From a virus: 64,000 nt of DNA. The position numbers were made by a program, and so were the translations under genes. The notes below the pieces were generated by a model, which was not told the origin of the DNA, searched no databases, and saw only the letters and a program-made list of their open reading frames with translations. Of the stretch, positions 36,220 to 43,795 are shown piece after piece (positions within the stretch are counted from its first letter, which is position 1; every line of letters begins with the position of its first letter). The stretch covers positions 32,001-96,000 of the IMG/VR virus record IMGVR_UViG_3300008255_000111; one strand, written 5' to 3'.

Positions 36220-36251
36220 ACAGGCTACTGCAATCGATTGCAGTAGCCTGT
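36220..36251. repeat. palindrome (core 36228-36243), extended to 32 bp
   Basis: ACAGGCTA-core-TAGCCTGT. Confidence 0.95.
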
Positions 36252-36320
36252 GTATGACAACTTGTTGTCTGCCCCACCAAGAGCCAGTGTCAAGGCAATT
36301 GATGGTTAATTGATGGTGCC

Positions 36321-36827
36321 CTAGTCCTTCTTGGCGATAGGGCTCTTGATCGCACCATCCCAGCAGCGCACGTCGCCGCCCTTGTCACGGGCATCACGCC
36401 CGCAATCTTTGGGCGCGCCGGTCAGGCTCGGCTTGCGCTTGCCTGTCTTGCGGTCCAGCTTAGAGCCTTTGTATTTGTAGCGCTCACCCTTCTTATAGAT
36501 GAGGCTCCAAGTGCCCTTCTTCAGCTCAGGCCCCCCAAACTTACCAGTATCAGGGTCGTGATACGGGTTGGCCTCGTCCAAGTGATCTGGATCATACGTC
36601 TCGTCTTTCATGCTGCCCTCTTTGAGAGGCACCCATTTACCTGATGCCTCGTCCTTCTTGTAGTGGTTGTTGATCACACCCCACGCCTTAGCGTAGTGCG
36701 CTCCTTCCTCTGCGTCTGGCTCCTTATTGTAAGACGAGTTGAAGACAGCAAGCCACTGTTTTTGAGCTTTTGTGGGGAGCGCGGCTTGGACTGCTTTGGG
36801 GAGGTCTTTTAGGGAGTCGAAAGGCAT
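36321..36827 (-). CDS. ChaB-domain protein with a basic C-terminal extension
   Basis: MPFDSLKDLPKAVQAALP..AQKQWLAVFNS..AWGVI..YKK..GKW; NPYHDPDTGKF. Confidence 0.85.
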   Translation of the reverse strand: MPFDSLKDLPKAVQAALPTKAQKQWLAVFNSSYNKEPDAEEGAHYAKAWGVINNHYKKDEASGKWVPLKEGSMKDETYDPDHLDEANPYHDPDTGKFGGPELKKGTWSLIYKKGERYKYKGSKLDRKTGKRKPSLTGAPKDCGRDARDKGGDVRCWDGAIKSPIAKKD

Positions 36828-36828
36828 A

Positions 36829-37368
36829 TCACTGTCTCCTTGTGGATCGCTTGCCGACGCGGCTGCTCAGCAAGTATTGGTGGCGGTTGATCGTGTTGCA
36901 TATTTTGGCCGTGGTGTCGCGCAGACCCTCACTCACGTCATGACGCTCTCGCTTCATATCACCGATCAGCCCCTCCGCCACGATCTCAAGGTCGATGGTG
37001 AGGTCCAACATGATCTCGGCAAGCTCCGTTGCTCCGACATCGTGATTCATCTTGCGAGCCTTAATCTCACAAAGCTCGGCCAAGCCAAAGTACATCGACT
37101 TGGGGTGAAGCGCATCTCGTCCAAATTGGCCGATGATGATCTCGGCGTACTCGTCCACAAACGGATCAAGCTCCTCATACATCTGCTTATAGAGCAGGTG
37201 GTCTTGATAGAAGGTCGGTCCCTCGACCTGCCAGTGCATCGTCTGAAGGTCCAGCCGATGCGAGATGAGCTGACTGAGAAACCTCACAAAGCGCTTAGAC
37301 AGGTCGTGATCTGCGTGATAGGTGCCAACGACACCAATAGACTCGTGGAGCTTACTTCTCAATGACAT
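36829..37368 (-). CDS. Dps/ferritin-like protein
   Basis: HWQVEGPTFYQDHLLY..YEEL..VDEYAE matches the Dps ferroxidase signature. Confidence 0.8.
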   Translation of the reverse strand: MSLRSKLHESIGVVGTYHADHDLSKRFVRFLSQLISHRLDLQTMHWQVEGPTFYQDHLLYKQMYEELDPFVDEYAEIIIGQFGRDALHPKSMYFGLAELCEIKARKMNHDVGATELAEIMLDLTIDLEIVAEGLIGDMKRERHDVSEGLRDTTAKICNTINRHQYLLSSRVGKRSTRRQ

Positions 37369-37442
37369 CGCGCACCTCGCTGATGGGGTTGTTCATTACC
37401 ACTCCAATAAACTACTCAATGCGGGCGCAAGAACAAAAAACA

Positions 37443-37478
37443 AAAGAGGGTTGGAGCCTGCCCAGCTCCAACCCTCTT
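37443..37478 (-). terminator. rho-independent terminator after nrdJ
   Basis: AAGAGGGTTGGAGC-CTGCCCA-GCTCCAACCCTCTT. Confidence 0.8.
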
Positions 37479-37544
37479 GCTTCCCATTCCCCATCGAACA
37501 TCGAGTTAAGACCACACTAGGGGATTAGGATCGCGCTGTCAACA

Positions 37545-40500
37545 CTACCCGCAACCAGTTGTGCTCCCGCACTGCGTGCAGACTTGGCAGGCCCCTGACT
37601 GGACAAGCTGACCGCCACAGCTCAGGCAGAGCGCACCAAGGTACTCATCAGTGCGCTTGGCCTCAGTCAAGTAGATCGGCTTTGGTGCTGGCGTGGGCTC
37701 GTTTTGGTCAACAGCTCCCGTAGATTCTGCGAGTTGACCAAATCGAAGGTCCATCCAGCGCACAACATAGTCCATGAGCGACGATGCAAACCTCACATCC
37801 GGGTTGGACGTGTAGCCGCTCGGCTCATATTTGGTGTGCTTGAACTTGTCCACGATGACCTGAAGCGGCACCCCATACTGAAGGCAGATCGAGATGAGCG
37901 TGGCCGCTGCGTCCAGAAGGCCGTTGATGGTGCTCCCCTGCTTGCTTGAGGTGATGAACACCTCGCCGGGCGAACCATCAGGGTAGAGGCCAACCGTGAT
38001 GTAGCCCTCATGCCCACCGATCGAGAACTTGTGCGTCTTTGAGTCGCGCTCGTCAGAGAGGCGGCGGCGCACGCCATTAGACACTGCTGCAATCGATTGC
38101 AGCTGGTCGATAGAGGCTTGGGCTTGGGCTTGGGCGTCATCTTCGCTCGTGCCATTTGAAGCTGTGAGCGGCTGGCTTCCTTTGGAGTTGTCGCGGTAGA
38201 TCGCGACCGCCTTGAGCCCTTTACGCCAAGCGTCGATGTAAATATCAAATATCTCCTCGGGCGTAATGTCCTCGGGAGCGTTGACTGTCTTAGAGATCGC
38301 ACCACTGATCGCGGGTTGAGCAGCGGCCATCGCGTTGACGTGTGCCTGCCAGGGGAGCGCGTCGGCGCCAAAGGACACGTCAAAGACGGGAAGGTCGGCA
38401 GACCTGATCCCTGTGCCCTTCACATCGTCGCCGTAAATGCCATCGTAGACAAAGCTCTTAAGGTTGCCATGCTCTAGGATGTGCTCCACCGCGTGATCGA
38501 TCACGAACTGGTCATACCCTAGAGCCTTAAGAGCGCGCGGCACCGCTTGGTTGATGATGCTTATCTTGCCACCACCCACAAGCGTCTTGCTCTTGATGAG
38601 TGACAGCTCAGGCTCGATCCCTGTGGTGTCGCAGTCCATGATGAACGAGATTGTGTTGTGAGACACAAACCCGTCCGCGACATAGGTGTTTCGGGTCGGC
38701 ACAGAGAGGTCATAGGTCGGACGCAATCCGATGCAGTCGTTACTCTGCACCTCAACAAACTCAAGGTTGCCTAGCTCAAGAAGCTGCCCGATCTTGCTCG
38801 ACTTGAGTTGAGGGTGTTGACCAATAACGTCTCGCAACCAACCCACGTTGACGCTGCCTTGCGTCTTGCGCGCGGCGATGTTTTGACGAACATCATTCGG
38901 AAGGCCCACAGAAGACTCATACAGGTCGTCAATGAGCGCTTGTGACCGCAGCGTATGGCCACGCCATTCACAAGCCATATCAGCGCCCAAGCCTTGACTC
39001 AGGACGGCCCGCTTGCGCGTGGAGAGGAAGCCGACCTTTGACGCAAACACTTTCACATCTCCAAACGAAGCGCACGACACCCTGTACTTTGGCCGATCGC
39101 CAAAGCTATCAACCCTGGGGGGCGTCACACCGATCGTCGTCCTGATGCCTAGAGCCATGAGCGCTGCACTTACTTGCTTGGCAAGTTGGCTGCTGGTCGT
39201 GCTCAAGGACACCGTAGGCGAGTTGTTGCGCTGGAGATGGACCGTTCCATCTGCCTCGAACAAACCTGCCAAGAACGCTCCAAGGACGCGACTGTTGGAG
39301 CGAAGAACCTGCGTGGGGATGCGCGCCGAAGCTGCGCCCTCACCGTGATTGCCGACACTCTTGTCTAGGTCGTTAGCCTTCATCCATCGGTACAGCCTTC
39401 GGCTGTTATAGTGGGCGATGACGCAACCTTGGCGCTCCTCGATCGCTGCGCCTCGATCTAACGTGCTGCCAAAGAGCCCAACCAAGTCGGTGTCCTGCTC
39501 ATTGATCACCATGTGAAGGCCACCCTTCTCTTTGAGGTAGCCATCACCAACATAGTAGCCGAGCAACGCAGCAAAGCGCTCATCAAGGTGATCAGGGATG
39601 TAGATGTCCTTCTCGTTACTGTGCGCAGGATCATCCACGCGGACAAACTTAACGAGCGGGGCGGACCCCAAGACATCCTCGTGGCCACCGATGTTGCGAA
39701 CAACGATGTCACCGGGGCAGATGTCTTCCATTCGACGCCAGACATATTCCCCAGCCTCATTGATCACTCGGAGCTGGTGCTTCCAAGTCGCCTGAATCTC
39801 ATGACCACGAGTCGTCACGAGCTGGAAGGTACGATCCTCACCGTTGACATAGAACTTGGTTGCAGGCTGCGTGCCAGACTCTTGCGACACTTGAACGTCA
39901 AGATGCTGCCACTGCTCACCATCAACGTCCCCAAGCTCATCAATCGGAAGCAAGCCCGCTGAGGTTAACAGCATGGTTTCAGCGACCACACAACCTGTTG
40001 GCGCCAAGACCGTCGCCTGAGCGTTGCGCAGCCCATAGTCGCTGACGCCATCTAAGGCGCGCTGCCAGTCTGCTTCGATGGAGGAAATGCAAGTGTCGAT
40101 AAACGACCTCACGCGATCTGGCAGCGCATCTGGAGCATCATCTTTAAGCTGCCAGTATTTGATGTGCTCGGTGTCCATGTCGGGTTGACGGGCATAGCAC
40201 ATGCCATGCCTGAACAGGTCATAGTGGCGCTTGATCAGATCCGTCATCCCAACCTTATTAGAATGATCAAAGGCGGGGAACGGCCCAAGCACCTCAGCAA
40301 GATCCGCACTGGCGGCGTAAGCGGCTGCCGTCATGGTGTGGCTCAGGAGGTTGATCATTACCTCAGCCGCGTGGCTGTAATAGGGAATGCCCATGCACAT
40401 CAGCATAGCGCCAAGGTTCGTGAAGCCAAGGCCGACTGTGCGATATTCTTTGGTCTTCTTGGCAATATCCTCGGTCGGGTATTCGCTGAAGTCCAGCAGG

Positions 40501-42773
40501 TAGTCTTGCGTCAAGAAGATGAGGATGCAGTCGCGCCTGAACAGCTTGTGGTCAAACACACCATCTTCGCTCAGGTATTTGAGCAGGTTGGTCGAGGCCA
40601 GATTGCAGGCCGTGTTGTTCAGGAAAAGATACTCAGAGCAGTTGTGGATCGTCAGGCCGTTGCCTACGAAGTGATGCGTGTCGGGCTCGGTCAGATCGTA
40701 GACCGTCTGCACACCAAGGGGCTCAATGCCCTTTACCGTGTCAACCATCAACTCAGGATAAGCTGAGACGTTTGCATTGAGTTGGGTGAGCGCTTCATTC
40801 TTGATGTTGCCGCTAACAAAGCCGATCTCACGCTCAAAAACGAGGCGCGAAGATCGTGAGATCCGCAGGCTGTGCATTTGGTGCACAGGATATTCCTTGG
40901 TGCCGCCTTGGCCATCTGGAAGCATCGCCGTGGTTTGACCGAGTGGGCGACGGTCCTTGTAGAGCTTGGATTTGATCCCGAAGCTCAAGAGCATAAGTTG
41001 CACCTGCTGTAAGAGAGGCAGGGCCGTGGAGTCTAGGGCAACATATTGTGACTTGGAGCCATAGTTGGCCACTGTGCCGTCAGCGGTGAACAGACCTCGC
41101 AGGAGCGCGGCTGTCGTCTCTTTGTTTGCTGAGAGCGCCTTGGCTGTGAACAGCTTTCCTAGGCTTTTTTCGTCAAGCACTGCCCATTCATTACAGGCGT
41201 TGACGATCTCTTTAGACGACGTGCGCACCTGAATGCCTGTGGCCACATCGATCGGCACCACCTCGCGCGCGCTACGCCCATCATTGATGGTGCGCTCGAA
41301 CTCATTGATGCTGTTTGCCCACTTGAGCGCCAGGGCTTTTTCTTCTGTTGACATGCTGATTGATAGCGTGCCGTCTTGACCTACACAGCCGTCACCTATT
41401 GCAAAGCCGATCAGCTCAGCAAAGTCTTGGCTCTCGATGGCAAACTCACCGAAGCCAGCGCCTTGAAGTAAGAGCTGATCATCTTTAGTCAACTCAACCA
41501 ACGGAACATCGCCCCTATTGAGGGTGAAGACCTTGTGGTCGCCCGTCGCATTCAGCGAGTAGCCGCATTTCGTCGTGAGCGCGTAGACAGGCTTCTCACC
41601 TGTCACAAAAGCTGGGGCGATCGCGTGAAACTTGCCGTCCAAGCCAGCGACCATAGAAGGGCGACCCACAAGGCTCTCAATGGCAACCAAGCCATCAGAC
41701 GTGGCCACTAGAGTGTCACCCGTCACACAAGGATTAGACGCCGTGATTCGACCATCAGCGCAGCAGCCGTGCATCCTTTGGATCTCGCCGTCGTATTGGA
41801 GGCCCGGATCGCCGCACTCCCAAGTCGTCTTAGAGATCGTATCAAGCAGGTCGCGCGCGTCAATCTGGTCCGTCACCTTGCCATCTAAGCGCGAGATCAG
41901 GTCATAAGGTGCGCCGTTGACCACAGCCTCCATGAACTTGTCGTCAACCCTCACAGAGTGATTGGCGTTCTGAAAGAAGACAGACGCGTAGGCGCCATTC
42001 TCATCGGTGAAGTCGCTGCTGTACCCTGCGTCGATCAGAGCACGCGCTTTCTTGTCCTCGACGCTCTTGCACAAGGTGAACTCGTAGATGTCCGGGTGAT
42101 CGGCGTCGAGAACGATCATCTTTGCAGCGCGGCGCTTCTTACCACCGCTCTTGACGACTCCAGCAAAAGCATCAAAGCCACGCATGAAGCTCACAGGCCC
42201 CGATGCCGTGCCACCGCCTGCGAGCTTGGCGTTGCGCTCCCTCACAGCGCTCATACTCACACCTGCACCTGAGCCCCATTTGAAGATTTGCGCTTCCTCG
42301 GTCTGAAGCTGGCAGAGTGACTTGATGTTGTCGTTCACTTCATTGATGAAGCAAGCGCTTGAGCGCTGCTCACCTGGGGTTCCGATGTTGAACCAGACAG
42401 GGCTGTTCCACGCGAAGCGCTGATCGCAGAGCATGAACAGAAGCTCATCGCGCAGCACGTCATAGGAGCCGCCAAGCATATAGCTCTTGTCGTAGGAGAG
42501 GATCTTGTCCACGACTCGACAGCAAAGCTGCCAGAAGCTCGTCTCGCGCTCAGGCGTGTCGCGCTGACCGTAAAAATACTTCTCCGAGATGACGTTGACA
42601 GCTCGATCGGAGAACGTCGTGGGGAACTCGACCCCCTTCTGCTCAAAAGCCAAGCCGCCCGTCATGTGGTTGACGATCTTAGCGTCGCGCAGCGACCACT
42701 CGAACATCTCTTTGACGCGACCCTCGTAACCGACCGTGTAGTGACGATCAAGCACACCATTAAAGACCTGCAT
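37545..42773 (-). CDS. nrdJ: class II (adenosylcobalamin) ribonucleotide reductase containing two inteins
   Basis: NSPVWFN, SACFI, SGGKKRRAAKM, NP|CSE, ACNLAS, APTG|TIS, ISKTVN, C-terminal TSCPD-like domain and CxxC..CxxC; start 42773 with AAGGA SD. Confidence 0.95.
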   Translation of the reverse strand: MQVFNGVLDRHYTVGYEGRVKEMFEWSLRDAKIVNHMTGGLAFEQKGVEFPTTFSDRAVNVISEKYFYGQRDTPERETSFWQLCCRVVDKILSYDKSYMLGGSYDVLRDELLFMLCDQRFAWNSPVWFNIGTPGEQRSSACFINEVNDNIKSLCQLQTEEAQIFKWGSGAGVSMSAVRERNAKLAGGGTASGPVSFMRGFDAFAGVVKSGGKKRRAAKMIVLDADHPDIYEFTLCKSVEDKKARALIDAGYSSDFTDENGAYASVFFQNANHSVRVDDKFMEAVVNGAPYDLISRLDGKVTDQIDARDLLDTISKTTWECGDPGLQYDGEIQRMHGCCADGRITASNPCVTGDTLVATSDGLVAIESLVGRPSMVAGLDGKFHAIAPAFVTGEKPVYALTTKCGYSLNATGDHKVFTLNRGDVPLVELTKDDQLLLQGAGFGEFAIESQDFAELIGFAIGDGCVGQDGTLSISMSTEEKALALKWANSINEFERTINDGRSAREVVPIDVATGIQVRTSSKEIVNACNEWAVLDEKSLGKLFTAKALSANKETTAALLRGLFTADGTVANYGSKSQYVALDSTALPLLQQVQLMLLSFGIKSKLYKDRRPLGQTTAMLPDGQGGTKEYPVHQMHSLRISRSSRLVFEREIGFVSGNIKNEALTQLNANVSAYPELMVDTVKGIEPLGVQTVYDLTEPDTHHFVGNGLTIHNCSEYLFLNNTACNLASTNLLKYLSEDGVFDHKLFRRDCILIFLTQDYLLDFSEYPTEDIAKKTKEYRTVGLGFTNLGAMLMCMGIPYYSHAAEVMINLLSHTMTAAAYAASADLAEVLGPFPAFDHSNKVGMTDLIKRHYDLFRHGMCYARQPDMDTEHIKYWQLKDDAPDALPDRVRSFIDTCISSIEADWQRALDGVSDYGLRNAQATVLAPTGCVVAETMLLTSAGLLPIDELGDVDGEQWQHLDVQVSQESGTQPATKFYVNGEDRTFQLVTTRGHEIQATWKHQLRVINEAGEYVWRRMEDICPGDIVVRNIGGHEDVLGSAPLVKFVRVDDPAHSNEKDIYIPDHLDERFAALLGYYVGDGYLKEKGGLHMVINEQDTDLVGLFGSTLDRGAAIEERQGCVIAHYNSRRLYRWMKANDLDKSVGNHGEGAASARIPTQVLRSNSRVLGAFLAGLFEADGTVHLQRNNSPTVSLSTTSSQLAKQVSAALMALGIRTTIGVTPPRVDSFGDRPKYRVSCASFGDVKVFASKVGFLSTRKRAVLSQGLGADMACEWRGHTLRSQALIDDLYESSVGLPNDVRQNIAARKTQGSVNVGWLRDVIGQHPQLKSSKIGQLLELGNLEFVEVQSNDCIGLRPTYDLSVPTRNTYVADGFVSHNTISFIMDCDTTGIEPELSLIKSKTLVGGGKISIINQAVPRALKALGYDQFVIDHAVEHILEHGNLKSFVYDGIYGDDVKGTGIRSADLPVFDVSFGADALPWQAHVNAMAAAQPAISGAISKTVNAPEDITPEEIFDIYIDAWRKGLKAVAIYRDNSKGSQPLTASNGTSEDDAQAQAQASIDQLQSIAAVSNGVRRRLSDERDSKTHKFSIGGHEGYITVGLYPDGSPGEVFITSSKQGSTINGLLDAAATLISICLQYGVPLQVIVDKFKHTKYEPSGYTSNPDVRFASSLMDYVVRWMDLRFGQLAESTGAVDQNEPTPAPKPIYLTEAKRTDEYLGALCLSCGGQLVQSGACQVCTQCGSTTGCG
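38087..38102. repeat. palindrome in frame (LQSIA) in the NrdJ linker
   Basis: Perfect core following AQAQAQASIDQ. Confidence 0.95.
38655..39992 (-). mobile_element. intein 2 with LAGLIDADG homing endonuclease (446 aa)
   Basis: APTG|CVVAET..FVSHN|TIS; LLGYYVGDG and FLAGLFEADG. Confidence 0.95.
40641..41729 (-). mobile_element. intein 1 with LAGLIDADG homing endonuclease (363 aa)
   Basis: SNP|CVTGDT..LTIHN|CSEY; LIGFAIGDG and LLRGLFTADG. Confidence 0.95.
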
Positions 42774-42827
42774 CGTGTTCCTTTTGTTGGGCAGGAGATA
42801 AAAAAATAGGGCGTAGTTGCCCATCGA

Positions 42828-42843
42828 CTGCAATCGATTGCAG
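42828..42843. repeat. CTGCAATCGATTGCAG palindrome
   Basis: Perfect core, 55 bp upstream of the nrdJ ATG. Confidence 0.95.
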
Positions 42844-42968
42844 CAAGACCTATGCCCTATGTTGTGGGGATGCGCCAACAAACCCACAACCTATTGTGCA
42901 TTATGAGTCTGTTGGCTTGAAGATAGTAAGAGCCTTGCGCTAAGGCGCGCAAGTCAAAAACAAGCGAT

Positions 42969-43784
42969 TTAATCACCAAGCGGCGGGAGCGAGGCCGCAT
43001 TGTCCAGAAGGTTGTAAACCCTTGCGATCTCAAGGTTACGCGCTCGCGTCTGCGGGATGATGAGGTCGCCTAACTGGATCGTCTCGATGAAGCTCAGGCT
43101 CACCCTGGCAATCCTGGGCAAACCAGACGGAAAGCTCTGAACATAGGTCGTATTGAGCGACGACAACACGCCGTAGAAGTCTTGCGTCGTCTGACTTAAC
43201 GTCAACCCCCTGGACCTTGAGTTGGGAGCGCTCACCGACACAGCTCGATCCAGGCTCTCTAGGGCATTCACTGTCGAGTTGAGCACACCACCCAGCGCGG
43301 GAGCGATCTCAGTCGCATAACTCGCATCGAGCCCATCAGGGGGCAGGTATTCTGCGACGATCTGAATCACAGGCGGCGGCTTGACCTGCCTCACGCCGTT
43401 GATCACGGCGATGTCAGGGTTGGTGCAAGCTGTAAGCCACGCAAGGCCCGCGTTAATGTCAACGTTCCTGTCATCTGGATAGGCGATCTTATCGTCCACC
43501 AAGAGATAGGCAGGGTCCGTGTCTGCCGTAAGCTCAAGCTCAAACGATAACGTTGGCAGACCGTTGGACGACCACGACAAAAGAGCGCCCATCCCAGGCA
43601 CCTCTTTCGTCTGCCAGCCGACCGTGCCCCGATCTAGGGTGATCGTCTCAGGCCAGTATTGAAGCCTCATCGGCTCAAACCCAGGGATCGGCTGAGCTGT
43701 GGCGGCGTCAAGTGGGATAAGCCACATGCGCGCCACCTTGTCTTCTGTGCCATCAGGCACGTCAAGAAGTTTACTCAAGCTCAT
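42969..43784 (-). CDS. contractile-injection-system tube-initiator-like protein
   Basis: LQYWPETI..PTLSFEL..PPP..GVLSSLNTTY..F..GLPRIARVSLSFIE. Confidence 0.65.
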   Translation of the reverse strand: MSLSKLLDVPDGTEDKVARMWLIPLDAATAQPIPGFEPMRLQYWPETITLDRGTVGWQTKEVPGMGALLSWSSNGLPTLSFELELTADTDPAYLLVDDKIAYPDDRNVDINAGLAWLTACTNPDIAVINGVRQVKPPPVIQIVAEYLPPDGLDASYATEIAPALGGVLNSTVNALESLDRAVSVSAPNSRSRGLTLSQTTQDFYGVLSSLNTTYVQSFPSGLPRIARVSLSFIETIQLGDLIIPQTRARNLEIARVYNLLDNAASLPPLGD

Positions 43785-43795
43785 CGCGCTCCTCC

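Noticed and set aside
42774-42887. N-terminal extensions containing CNRLQ, LQSIA or AIDC (also on 2427..3734, 21071..21898, 59908..61104, 62221..62973)
   Set aside because: Longest-ORF artefacts reading through the leader palindrome; more plausible starts, most with a clear SD, lie downstream.
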